Origin: Eukaryota sp. GEM-RC1
Lineage: Eukaryota
Assembly: GCA_040285855.1 (NCBI GenBank)
Contig: JAUFOQ010000001.1
Location: 124,001 to 188,000 of the forward strand
Reading direction: 5' to 3'
Length of the DNA: 64,000 nt
Position numbers and translations under genes: made by a program. Position 1 is the first letter of the stretch. Every line of letters begins with the position of its first letter. This document shows positions 11,245-23,619 of the stretch, piece after piece. The notes under the pieces were generated by a model. The model saw nothing but the letters and a program-made list of their open reading frames with translations. It ran no database searches and was not told where the DNA came from.

Positions 11245-13575
11245 TTAGTAATTCTTGTCTACAAACTTAATACGACCATTCAATTTACGTTCAATATATT
11301 TTTTGGTATTTGAACTGAAAGAGCTACTACAGAAATGAATTTCAGTAACTGAAGTATTTACTGCAAGTGCATCACTTCAACAAAGATTGCAGTGAAGACA
11401 CTTGTTCAACAGTTATTGGGGTGAGAGTTTTTGGTAAATATCTAAATACTCCTTTTCAACGTCAAGAAGGTGAGGAGAAATATCAAGATCTATAACTGAT
11501 TTGTTAATTGAAAGAATTTCAAATACACTAGCAAGTACTTCTAGACTTGGACTTGGCCACTGCTTACATTTAACACTTTTAATAGGGACGTTTGATTTTA
11601 AAGAATCTAACAATGCAAGTAAATCAGAATTGCCAATAGGGTTGGCGTAACAGATAGAACCAGTAGCAAAATCGAAAGAATGTGGTGAGATTTCAAAATT
11701 TAGAGTTAATTTGTTTGCAGAAACAAGCTCAAAAACAGTACAAAGACCTTTTAATCCAACTGAACTACCGTTGAGAATGACTTGTTTAATATTAGGTTTG
11801 CATTGAAGTGCATCAATCAATTTCAAGAAATTTTCATCATGTAGAGTATCATAACGTCCCCGTGATTTTTGAGAAACATTAATATCACTGCAGTCAATAA
11901 AAGTTAATGAATTATTAACCCTGACTGAATCACAGAAAGCTGTGAATGCTTCAAATGCAAACCAACATCCTCTTAAAGTAAGTTCTTTGATATTAAAAGA
12001 ATTTAAAAACCCAGGTAGAGACGAAATCTCTTCAAGAGATATATGAATACAGTCAAATGGAGAAACACTGAACACGCCTGTTGTAGTGTCAATGCAATGA
12101 GGAGAAACATCAACACTTGATGATAATTTTCCATTATATTCTGCTTCAAAAACTAACATTAAACAAGCAAAATTCAGTTCGGGTACGATAACTTTCTTTA
12201 CTGTTGAATTCTGTTCTAATCCTTTTAAAAATGTTTTAAAATGAGACGAACTCGCAAATCTACAATCAATATTTAAAACAGCAAGACCTGTATTTCTTCG
12301 CAACAATTCACTTAACGACTGAGGGATCTGGTCATTGATAGGTGAACCGTTAGGAAACCAATTAGAATTATGAACTACAAATTCCAACAGAGACGTATTT
12401 GTTTCAAGAGATTTGCAAAGTGAAATAGTAAGCGGACCGCCAATTTCAAGTTTTTTTAAAGACGTATTACATTTTAAAACTTCAGCAAGATCTTGAGAAT
12501 CGAATTTACAATTTTGTATCACAACTTCTCGGATATTTGAATTGATTTTAAGAACATCGAATACAAAAGAATCAAGACGACAATTCAAAGGAAACTTTAC
12601 ACTTCTAAGACTAGAACTCTTTAATAGTGGAAGAAGAACATTGGAAGATTTAATTCGAAGATTAGTTAAATCAATTTTTGAAATAACAAAATTATTTGAA
12701 ATTGCGGTAAAAATAATCAAAGATTCTTCATCTTGAAGTGAGTTACTTGATGTTAAACAGATTGTTCGTAAGGTGTTATTTAAAGAAAACACTTCTGCCA
12801 GCGAGGCAGCTTCAGCAGAAGTAAAGGAATCAATTCCAAGATGAAATTCAACAACAGTATTATTAACCGTTAAAGATTTACAAAAAAAAGTAAATAAATC
12901 ATTAGATAGCTTATTGGTGACTTCAAGAACTCGTAAACGTGGAAGGAAATCAGAAGACGAAGGATCGAGAAAGTGATGTAGAAGACAACAACCATCATGT
13001 GATTTTAAATGAGTTATTATTGAAGTAAACTCACCAATGTCTTTTACTAGTGTTCGATTGTCCACTGTCACACACACAGAATGAACCTTTGCTTTAAAGA
13101 TTGAAGCCATGTAACACAGTTGAGGGAGTTGGTGCATCATGACAGGACGTGAAAATGTTTCAAAGAACACCTTAACTGCTAGGGAAGAAGATTCAATGAA
13201 ACGATTGCTTACGTAGCCAACTGTTTGGAAGAATGAGATGAGAATATCCCTCAAATGAGAAAAGGGACGATGGCAGTAGTTGTCTTTACGAGCAGACTTA
13301 AAGAGAAGTCTGAGGTAATGAGATTGTATCAGAACCAACAAGGACTGTTGGAAATAGATACGTTTAGGAGAAGATTCATGAAGGATGGAGGGCGTCAATA
13401 TCATTAAAGGAGGTGATGGGGCAGAGTTGGCACACAGAATACTAGTACCATCATAAACTGATGGAGAGTCATCTGACGAACGACTCGTCTTTATTGGAGG
13501 TTGAGTTAAGTTGGTAGGAGGAGCCGGAGCAGATAAAGAGGTGGCTCTTGTTTTTGATCTTGTGGTAACGGGCAT
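11245..13575 (-). CDS. RNI-like LRR protein, copy 1 (type A), 3' end damaged
   Basis: LxxNxxLxxLxL repeats (LKCNTSLKKLEI, LETNTSLLEFVV); ATG of MPVTT at 13575; -1 in the T run at ~11453; ~150-nt deletion at ~11374 relative to copy 2. Confidence 0.85.
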
Positions 13576-13760
13576 GAAAAGAAGATCAAAGACATGACAC
13601 CAATGTAGACTGATTCTCTGGTTGAACTTCAACCGTTGAAGGGAATTTCCAACACAATTAACTAATTCAACAACAACTACTGTACCATAGTTTGAAAACT
13701 AATCGTTCAAGAAGACCAACGCTGTTTATGAAGTGGACGGTAGACATTAATTCAAATATG

Positions 13761-14293
13761 TTACATTTGAAAAGTTTAAAGCTCACGAATTTCATGCCAA
13801 AGTTGAACCTTAATTTAGTATGTGGGGTCTTGATTTAATTAATCAATTTTCGTCGAAAATACATTTGCTCAAACTTATGTTAATGGCTTAAATTCAAAAG
13901 GTTTCAATCACCAAGAAACAGCTGAAAAACGTAAAATTGATTTGTATTCCAAAGATGTTACTAAAATGAATCAAAATTTATGGTCAAAATTTGTATTTGT
14001 TCCTTTTATTATCTCTATTTTTAGTAGTATTGGTGAAATGGCTTCCCAGTTTTTTACTGATTTTGGATCTACAGTATATGTAAGTCTCAGAATAAGAGAT
14101 TTAACTTTTCAATGTGGCATAACCGTTTGATCGTTTCTGTGTTGCGTTTGATGCCTAAGTTCTTTAAATCAATTTTGACAAGGTTGTATAAAAACTGTGG
14201 TACAGTTGACCAGAAATTTTCTGTGTCCAGTGTTTCGTAGCTTTTATTATGATGTGTATTTTGTGCCCTCCATCGATAAACTGTTTTTTGTAG
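13761..14293 (+). mobile_element. 5'-truncated CRE-like (RLE) non-LTR retrotransposon fragment
   Basis: VTFEKFKAHEFHAKVEP...AEKRKIDLY...FVFVPFIISIFSSIG is homologous to 59800-60200; empty site CAAATATG|CAGATC at 28260-28273. Confidence 0.75.
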
Positions 14294-14309
14294 CAGATCA
14301 AAACATAGT

Positions 14310-14640
14310 TTATTGTAAAAAAATTGAAAATTGTTTCATACGACTACTCCAATCAAGCCAACCTCCGTCATAAAGAAATACCTTCTCAAAACCCATCATA
14401 GCTGCACAAACAAAAGCTACTGAAGCTCGCCACCCAGTACCACAAAAGAAAACTATAGTCTTTTCAGGACTTAATCCAACTTCAAGCCAAATCTTCTTCA
14501 ACAGGTCAAAATCCACGAGGGAATCATTGACTACAAGAGACTCGATTTTATGAGCATTGGTAACTGATTTTCCCATACTGAGAATGGAATTTTACATTTT
14601 TCTCATATGTAACAGTAACCAGAAGAGAGTGCGTGGTGTT
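14310..14640 (-). pseudogene. 3' fragment of the YnjE-like rhodanese
   Basis: Near-identical to 28296-28621, including CGTGWRAS. Confidence 0.9.
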
Positions 14641-15267
14641 GCATTGAGAATCCACTGAGGTCCAGATCTTTATTAATTGTAGAAATCTTCCTCAAATATA
14701 ATCCTTTTAAAGCTATCTGATAAATTATTTGTAGACTTTAAGAACGTCTTCTGTCTTGGAACTCCTAAGTCAAGAACTTTCTCTCAAGATATCCAACGAC
14801 TCTTCTCGAGGAGCTTCACTGATAGACTTTGCAAAGTTCTCTGTTCACTTTACATGTGCTACCACTAAAGCACTGATGAGTAAGAGTTCCTCTTCCTCTT
14901 CAACAAACAGTCTATACTGAAAATCAAATGCTGGTTAATCATAAATTTGATTAAAAGAACTGAATACACACAAGTCCAATGTTAACTGCCGCATTATTAC
15001 TAGTCGAATTTATTATGGAATACGTTGCAACAATGCTATAAGAATTCAACTACCAATTCAATATGGTGAACTTCTACATTTGAAACATTCTTCTTTACAG
15101 CATTAGTACAAAGCAACGTTTCAATGCATACTTGTATGCTACACTGATTTTCATTGGAAAATTATTAGAGTGATAGAATAAAAGTCGTGACCGATGAAAG
15201 TTGTTAGGGAAAAAATGATTATAAGATAACACGGACTTCTACAGCATCTAAGAGTATAACGAAAGAC

Positions 15268-17751
15268 TCAGTATTTATTGTCTACAAACTTAACACGAAT
15301 ATTTAATCTTCGTTCCATATACTCTTTAGTTTTTGGACTGAAAGAGCTACTACAGAAATGAATTTCAGTAACTGAGGTATGTACTGCAAGTGCATCAGTT
15401 AATACTCTGAAACTTGTGTTATACATAGACAAAGAACTGAAGTCAACAAAAGTCAAGGAAGTGTTGTTCCTAATTGAAGCAGCCAAAGAAATCACGAGAT
15501 TATGATTAAAACTACACCTTTTAAGAGTAAGTTCTTTGAGATTAGAACACTTTAACAAAGATTGCAGTGATGACACTTGTTCAACAGTTATATTAGGGCC
15601 AGTTTTTGGCAAATATCTAAATATTCCTTTTTCAATGTCAATGAAGTGATGAGAAATATCAAGATCTATGACTGATTTGTTAATTGAAAGAATTTCAAAT
15701 ACAGTAGCAAGTACTTCTAGACTTGGACTTGGCCACTGCTTACATTTAACACTTTTAATAGGGACGTTTGATTTTAAAGAATCTAACAATGCAAGTAAAT
15801 CAGAATTGTAAATGAAGTAGGCGTAATAGATAGAACCAGTATCAAAATCAAAAGAATGTGGTAAAATTTGAATATTTGAAGTTAATTTGTTTGCAGAAAC
15901 AAGCTCAAAAATAGTACAAAGTCCTTTTAATCCAACTAGACCACCTCTTAGGCCGAGTTGTTTAATACGAGGTTTGCATTGAAGCGGATCAATCAATTTC
16001 AAGAAACCGTCATCATACAGAGTATCATAACGCATGTGTGATATTTGAGAAAAATTAATATCACTGCAGTCAATAAAAGTCAATGAATTATTAACCCTGA
16101 CTGAGTCACAGAAAGCTGTGAAAGCTGCAAATATAAACAAACATCTTCCCAAAGTAAGTTCTTTGATATTAAAAGAATTTAAAAACCAAGGTAAAAACGA
16201 AAGTTCTTCAAGAGATATATGAATAGATTCTTTTGGAGTAAAACTGAACACGCCTGTTGTAGTGTCAATACAATGAGGAGAAACATCAACACTTGATGAT
16301 AATTTTCCATTATATACTGCTTCAAAAACTAACATTAAACAAGCAAAGTTCAGTTCGGGTAAGATAACTTTCTTTACTGTTGAATTCTGTTCTAATCCTT
16401 TTAAAAATGTTTTAAAATGAGACGAACTCGCAAATCTACAATCAATATTTAAAACAGCAAGACTTGTATTTTTCTGCAACAATTCACTTAACGACTGAGG
16501 GATCTGGTCATTGATAGGTGAACCGTTAGGAAACCAATTAGAATTATGAACTACAAATTCCAACAGAGACGTATTTGTTTCAAGAGATTTGCAAAGTGAA
16601 ATAGTAAGCGGACCGCCAATTTCAAGTTTTTTTAAAGACGTATTACATTTTAAAACTTCAGCAAGATCTTGAGAATCGAATTTACAATTTTGTATCACAA
16701 CTTCTCGGATATTTGAATTGATTTTAAGAACATCGAATACAAAAGAATCAAGACGACAATTCAAAGGAAACTTTACACTTCTAAGACTAGAACTCTTTAA
16801 TAGTGGAAGAAGAACATTGGAAGATTTAATTCGAAGATTAGTTAAATCAATTTTTGAAATAACAAAATTATTTGAAATTGCGGTAAAAATAATCAAAGAT
16901 TCTTCATCTTGAAGTGAGTTACTTGATGTTAAACAGATTGTTCGTAAGGTGTTATTTAAAGAAAACACTTCTGCCAGCGAGGCAGCTTCAGCAGAAGTAA
17001 AGGAATCAATTCCAAGATGAAATTCAACAACAGTATTATTAACCGTTAAAGATTTACAAAAAAAAGTAAATAAATCATTAGATAGCTTATTGGTGACTTC
17101 AAGAACTCGTAAACGTGGAAGGAAATCAGAAGACGAAGGATCGAGAAAGTGATGTAGAAGACAACAACCATCATGTGATTTTAAATGAGTTATTATTGAA
17201 GTAAACTCACCAATGTCTTTTACTAGTGTTCGATTGTCCACTGTCACACACACAGAATGAACCTTTGCTTTAAAGATTGAAGCCATGTAACACAGTTGAG
17301 GGAGTTGGTGCATCATGACAGGACGTGAAAATGTTTCAAAGAACACCTTAACTGCTAGGGAAGAAGATTCAATGAAACGATTGCTTACGTAGCCAACTGT
17401 TTGGAAGAATGAGATGAGAATATCCCTCAAATGAGAAAAGGGACGATGGCAGTAGTTGTCTTTACGAGCAGACTTAAAGAGAAGTCTGAGGTAATGAGAT
17501 TGTATCAGAACCAACAAGGACTGTTGGAAATAGATACGTTTAGGAGAAGATTCATGAAGGATGGAGGGCGTCAATATCATTAAAGGAGGTGATGGGGCAG
17601 AGTTGGCACACAGAATACTAGTACCATCATAAACTGATGGAGAGTCATCTGACGAACGACTCGTCTTTATTGGAGGTTGAGTTAAGTTGGTAGGAGGAGC
17701 CGGAGCAGATAAAGAGGTGGCTCTTGTTTTTGATCTTGTGGTAACGGGCAT
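15268..17751 (-). CDS. RNI-like LRR protein, copy 2 (A 5' / B 3' chimera), intact ORF of ~827 aa
   Basis: Uninterrupted ORF; matches copy 1 5' of ~16527 and copies 3/4 3' of ~16476. Confidence 0.9.
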   Translation of the reverse strand: MPVTTRSKTRATSLSAPAPPTNLTQPPIKTSRSSDDSPSVYDGTSILCANSAPSPPLMILTPSILHESSPKRIYFQQSLLVLIQSHYLRLLFKSARKDNYCHRPFSHLRDILISFFQTVGYVSNRFIESSSLAVKVFFETFSRPVMMHQLPQLCYMASIFKAKVHSVCVTVDNRTLVKDIGEFTSIITHLKSHDGCCLLHHFLDPSSSDFLPRLRVLEVTNKLSNDLFTFFCKSLTVNNTVVEFHLGIDSFTSAEAASLAEVFSLNNTLRTICLTSSNSLQDEESLIIFTAISNNFVISKIDLTNLRIKSSNVLLPLLKSSSLRSVKFPLNCRLDSFVFDVLKINSNIREVVIQNCKFDSQDLAEVLKCNTSLKKLEIGGPLTISLCKSLETNTSLLEFVVHNSNWFPNGSPINDQIPQSLSELLQKNTSLAVLNIDCRFASSSHFKTFLKGLEQNSTVKKVILPELNFACLMLVFEAVYNGKLSSSVDVSPHCIDTTTGVFSFTPKESIHISLEELSFLPWFLNSFNIKELTLGRCLFIFAAFTAFCDSVRVNNSLTFIDCSDINFSQISHMRYDTLYDDGFLKLIDPLQCKPRIKQLGLRGGLVGLKGLCTIFELVSANKLTSNIQILPHSFDFDTGSIYYAYFIYNSDLLALLDSLKSNVPIKSVKCKQWPSPSLEVLATVFEILSINKSVIDLDISHHFIDIEKGIFRYLPKTGPNITVEQVSSLQSLLKCSNLKELTLKRCSFNHNLVISLAASIRNNTSLTFVDFSSLSMYNTSFRVLTDALAVHTSVTEIHFCSSSFSPKTKEYMERRLNIRVKFVDNKY

Positions 17752-17936
17752 GAAAAGAAGATCAAAGACATGACACCAATGTAGACTGATTCTCTGGTTG
17801 AACTTCAACCGTTGAAGGGAATTTCCAACACAATTAACTAATTCAACAACAACTACTGTACCATAGTTTGAAAACTAATCGTTCAAGAAGACCAACGCTG
17901 TTTATGAAGTGGACGGTAGACATTAATTCAAATATG

Positions 17937-18469
17937 TTACATTTGAAAAGTTTAAAGCTCACGAATTTCATGCCAAAGTTGAACCTTAATTTAGTATGTG
18001 GGGTCTTGATTTAATTAATCAATTTTCGTCGAAAATACATTTGCTCAAACTTATGTTAATGGCTTAAATTCAAAAGGTTTCAATCACCAAGAAACAGCTG
18101 AAAAACGTAAAATTGATTTGTATTCCAAAGATGTTACTAAAATGAATCAAAATTTATGGTCAAAATTTGTATTTGTTCCTTTTATTATCTCTATTTTTAG
18201 TAGTATTGGTGAAATGGCTTCCCAGTTTTTTACTGATTTTGGATCTACAGTATATGTAAGTCTCAGAATAAGAGATTTAACTTTTCAATGTGGCATAACC
18301 GTTTGATCGTTTCTGTGTTGCGTTTGATGCCTAAGTTCTTTAAATCAATTTTGACAAGGTTGTATAAAAACTGTGGTACAGTTGACCAGAAATTTTCTGT
18401 GTCCAGTGTTTCGTAGCTTTTATTATGATGTGTATTTTGTGCCCTCCATCGATAAACTGTTTTTTGTAG
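17937..18469 (+). mobile_element. CRE-like retrotransposon fragment (array copy)
   Basis: Identical to 13761-14293. Confidence 0.75.
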
Positions 18470-18485
18470 CAGATCAAAACATAGT

Positions 18486-18816
18486 TTATTGTAAAAAAAT
18501 TGAAAATTGTTTCATACGACTACTCCAATCAAGCCAACCTCCGTCATAAAGAAATACCTTCTCAAAACCCATCATAGCTGCACAAACAAAAGCTACTGAA
18601 GCTCGCCACCCAGTACCACAAAAGAAAACTATAGTCTTTTCAGGACTTAATCCAACTTCAAGCCAAATCTTCTTCAACAGGTCAAAATCCACGAGGGAAT
18701 CATTGACTACAAGAGACTCGATTTTATGAGCATTGGTAACTGATTTTCCCATACTGAGAATGGAATTTTACATTTTTCTCATATGTAACAGTAACCAGAA
18801 GAGAGTGCGTGGTGTT
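18486..18816 (-). pseudogene. 3' fragment of the YnjE-like rhodanese (array copy)
   Basis: Identical to 14310-14640. Confidence 0.9.
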
Positions 18817-19444
18817 GCATTGAGAATCCACTGAGGTCCAGATCTTTATTAATTGTAGAAATCTTCCTCAAATATAATCCTTTTTAAAGCTATCTGATAA
18901 ATTATTTGTAGACTTTAAGAACGTCTTCTGTCTTGGAACTCCTAAGTCAAGAACTTTCTCTCAAGATATCCAACGACTCTTCTCGAGGAGCTTCACTGAT
19001 AGACTTTGCAAAGTTCTCTGTTCACTTTACATGTGCTACCACTAAAGCACTGATGAGTAAGAGTTCCTCTTCCTCTTCAACAAACAGTCTATACTGAAAA
19101 TCAAATGCTGGTTAATCATAAATTTGATTAAAAGAACTGAATACACACAAGTCCAATGTTAACTGCCGCATTATTACTAGTCGAATTTATTATGGAATAC
19201 GTTGCAACAATGCTATAAGAATTCAACTACCAATTCAATATGGTGAACTTCTACATTTGAAACATTCTTCTTTACAGCATTAGTACAAAGCAACGTTTCA
19301 ATGCATACTTGTATGCTACACTGATTTTCATTGGAAAATTATTAGAGTGATAGAATAAAAGTCGTGACCGATGAAAGTTGTTAGGGAAAAAATGATTATA
19401 AGATAACACGGACTTCTACAGCATCTAAGAGTATAACGAAAGAC

Positions 19445-21928
19445 TCAGTATTTATTGTCTACAAACTTAACACGAATATTTAATCTTCGTTCCATATACT
19501 CTTTAGTTTTTGGACTGAAAGAGCTACTACAGAAATGAATTTCAGTAACTGAGGTATGTACTGCAAGTGCATCAGTTAATACTCTGAAACTTGTGTTATA
19601 CATAGACAAAGAACTGAAGTCAACAAAAGTCAAGGAAGTGTTGTTCCTAATTGAAGCAGCCAAAGAAATCACGAGATTATGATTAAAACTACACCTTTTA
19701 AGAGTAAGTTCTTTGAGATTAGAACACTTTAACAAAGATTGCAGTGATGACACTTGTTCAACAGTTATATTAGGGCCAGTTTTTGGCAAATATCTAAATA
19801 TTCCTTTTCAATGTCAATGAAGTGATGAGAAATATCAAGATCTATGACTGATTTGTTAATTGAAAGAATTTCAAATACAGTAGCAAGTACTTCTAGACTT
19901 GGACTTGGCCACTGCTTACATTTAACACTTTTAATAGGGACGTTTGATTTTAAAGAATCTAACAATGCAAGTAAATCAGAATTGTAAATGAAGTAGGCGT
20001 AATAGATAGAACCAGTATCAAAATCAAAAGAATGTGGTAAAATTTGAATATTTGAAGTTAATTTGTTTGCAGAAACAAGCTCAAAAATAGTACAAAGTCC
20101 TTTTAATCCAACTAGACCACCTCTTAGGCCGAGTTGTTTAATACGAGGTTTGCATTGAAGCGGATCAATCAATTTCAAGAAACCGTCATCATACAGAGTA
20201 TCATAACGCATGTGTGATATTTGAGAAAAATTAATATCACTGCAGTCAATAAAAGTCAATGAATTATTAACCCTGACTGAGTCACAGAAAGCTGTGAAAG
20301 CTGCAAATATAAACAAACATCTTCCCAAAGTAAGTTCTTTGATATTAAAAGAATTTAAAAACCAAGGTAAAAACGAAAGTTCTTCAAGAGATATATGAAT
20401 AGATTCTTTTGGAGTAAAACTGAACACGCCTGTTGTAGTGTCAATACAATGAGGAGAAACATCAACACTTGATGATAATTTTCCATTATATACTGCTTCA
20501 AAAACTAACATTAAACAAGCAAAGTTCAGTTCGGGTAAGATAACTTTCTTTACTGTTGAATTCTGTTCTAATCCTTTTAAAAATGTTTTAAAATGAGACG
20601 AACTCGCAAATCTACAATCAATATTTAAAACAGCAAGACTTGTATTTTTCTGCAACAATTCACTTAACGACTGAGGGATCTGGTCATTGATAGGTGAACC
20701 GTTGTGAAACCAATTAGAATTATGAACTACTAACTCCAATAGAGACGTATTTGTTTCAAGAGATTTACAAAGTGAAATGCTAGGTAATCCACGAATTTCA
20801 AGTTTGTTCAAAAAGTATTAAATTTTAAAACATCAGCAAGATCTTGAGAATCAAAATTACAAAATGGTATCACAACTTCTTGGATATTTGAATTGACTCT
20901 AAGACCATTAATGATAGTAGAATCAAGACGACAATTCAAAGGAAACATAACACTTCTAAGAGTAGAACGCTTTAATAGTGGAAGAAGAACATTGGAAGAC
21001 TGTAAACCAAGATTAGTTAAATCAATTTTTGAAATTACTGAATTATTTGAAATTGCGGTAAATAGAATCAAAGATTCTCGATCTTGAATATTACTTGATT
21101 TTAAACAAATTGTTCGTAAGGTCTTATTTAAAGAAAACACTTCTGCCAGCGGGGCAGCTTCAGCAGACCAAAGGGATCCAATTGAAATAATGAAATCAAC
21201 AACAGTAGTATTAACCATTAAACATTTACAAAATGAAGTAAATGTATCATTGTACCGGAAAACCTTCTTGGTTACTTCAAGAACTCGTAGACGTGACAGG
21301 AAATCAGAAGACGAAGGATCAAGGAAGTGTTGAAGTTCGCAACAATCATATGATTCTAAATGAGTGATAACTGAAGTACACTTACCAAGGTCTTTTACTA
21401 GAGTTCGATCGCACACTGTAGCATACACAGAGTTAACATTTGCTTTAAAAATTGGAAGCCATGTAACAAAGTGTGGAGAGATGTACAATATTGACAGAAA
21501 AGGTGTTTCTTTCTAAAAACACCTTAACTGCTAGAGAAGAACATTCAAGGAAACGATTGCTTATGTAGCCAACTTTTTGGAAGAATGAGAGGAGATTATC
21601 CGTCAATAGAACGAAGGGACGTTTAATGACCTTCACACTACAAAAAAGACTTCACGTGAAGTTTGAGGTAATGAGATTGTATCAGAACCAACAAGGACTG
21701 TTGGAGATAGAGACGTTTAGGAGAAGATTCATGAAGGATGGAGGGCGTCAATATCATTAAAGGAGGTGATGGGGCAGAGTTGGCACACAGAATACTAGTA
21801 CCATCATAAACTGATGGAGAGTCATCTGACGAACGACTCGTCTTTATTGGAGGTTGAGTTAAGTTGGTAGGAGGAGCCGGAGCAGATAAAGAGGTGGCTC
21901 TTGTTTTTGATCTTGTGGTAACGGGCAT
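19445..21928 (-). CDS. RNI-like LRR protein, copy 3 (A-type first ~65 codons, rest B), four 1-nt indels
   Basis: Indels at ~19805, ~20810, ~21454 and ~21642 versus copy 4, all run-length changes. Confidence 0.8.
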
Positions 21929-22112
21929 GAAAAGAAGATCAAGACATGACACCAATGTAGACTGATTCTCTGGTTGAACTTCAACCGTTGAAGGGAATTT
22001 CCAACACAATTAACTAATTCAACAACAACTACTGTACCATAGTTTGAAAACTAATCGTTCAAGAAGACCAACGCTGTTTATGAAGTGGACGGTAGACATT
22101 AATTCAAATATG

Positions 22113-22644
22113 TTACATTTGAAAAGTTTAAAGCTCACGAATTTCATGCCAAAGTTGAACCTTAATTTAGTATGTGGGGTCTTGATTTAATTAATCAATT
22201 TTCGTCGAAAATACATTTGCTCAAACTTATGTTAATGGCTTAAATTCAAAAGGTTTCAATCACCAAGAAACAGCTGAAAAACGTAAAATTGATTTGTATT
22301 CCAAAGATGTTACTAAAATGAATCAAAATTTATGGTCAAAATTTGTATTTGTTCCTTTTATTATCTCTATTTTTAGTAGTATTGGTGAAATGGCTTCCCA
22401 GTTTTTTACTGATTTTGGATCTACAGTATATGTAAGTCTCAGAATAAGAGATTTAACTTTTCAATGTGGCATAACCGTTTGATCGTTTCTGTGTTGCGTT
22501 TGATGCCTAAGTTCTTTAAATCAATTTTGACAAGGTTGTATAAAAACTGTGGTACAGTTGACCAGAAATTTTCTGTGTCCAGTGTTTCGTAGCTTTTATT
22601 ATGATGTGTATTTTGTGCCCTCCATCGATAAACTGTTTTTGTAG
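22113..22644 (+). mobile_element. CRE-like retrotransposon fragment (array copy)
   Basis: Identical to 13761-14293 except for one T-run length. Confidence 0.75.
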
Positions 22645-22660
22645 CAGATCAAAACATAGT

Positions 22661-22991
22661 TTATTGTAAAAAAATTGAAAATTGTTTCATACGACTACTC
22701 CAATCAAGCCAACCTCCGTCATAAAGAAATACCTTCTCAAAACCCATCATAGCTGCACAAACAAAAGCTACTGAAGCTCGCCACCCAGTACCACAAAAGA
22801 AAACTATAGTCTTTTCAGGACTTAATCCAACTTCAAGCCAAATCTTCTTCAACAGGTCAAAATCCACGAGGGAATCATTGACTACAAGAGACTCGATTTT
22901 ATGAGCATTGGTAACTGATTTTCCCATACTGAGAATGGAATTTTACATTTTTCTCATATGTAACAGTAACCAGAAGAGAGTGCGTGGTGTT
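22661..22991 (-). pseudogene. 3' fragment of the YnjE-like rhodanese (array copy)
   Basis: Identical to 14310-14640. Confidence 0.9.
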
Positions 22992-23619
22992 GCATTGAGA
23001 ATCCACTGAGGTCCAGATCTTTATTAATTGTAGAAATCTTCCTCAAATATAATCCTTTTTAAAGCTATCTGATAAATTATTTGTAGACTTTAAGAACGTC
23101 TTCTGTCTTGGAACTCCTAAGTCAAGAACTTTCTCTCAAGATATCCAACGACTCTTCTCGAGGAGCTTCACTGATAGACTTTGCAAAGTTCTCTGTTCAC
23201 TTTACATGTGCTACCACTAAAGCACTGATGAGTAAGAGTTCCTCTTCCTCTTCAACAAACAGTCTATACTGAAAATCAAATGCTGGTTAATCATAAATTT
23301 GATTAAAAGAACTGAATACACACAAGTCCAATGTTAACTGCCGCATTATTACTAGTCGAATTTATTATGGAATACGTTGCAACAATGCTATAAGAATTCA
23401 ACTACCAATTCAATATGGTGAACTTCTACATTTGAAACATTCTTCTTTACAGCATTAGTACAAAGCAACGTTTCAATGCATACTTGTATGCTACACTGAT
23501 TTTCATTGGAAAATTATTAGAGTGATAGAATAAAAGTCGTGACCGATGAAAGTTGTTAGGGAAAAAATGATTATAAGATAACACGGACTTCTACAGCATC
23601 TAAGAGTATAACGAAAGAC

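Noticed and set aside
12542..12736. Repeated antisense ORFs in LRR, STE24, hAT and giant genes
   Set aside because: Shadow ORFs opposite well-supported genes.
13576..13632. MKFNQR... extension of the LRR ORFs
   Set aside because: TTG start and not conserved in frame in copies 3 and 4; the conserved ATG is at MPVTT/MSVTT.
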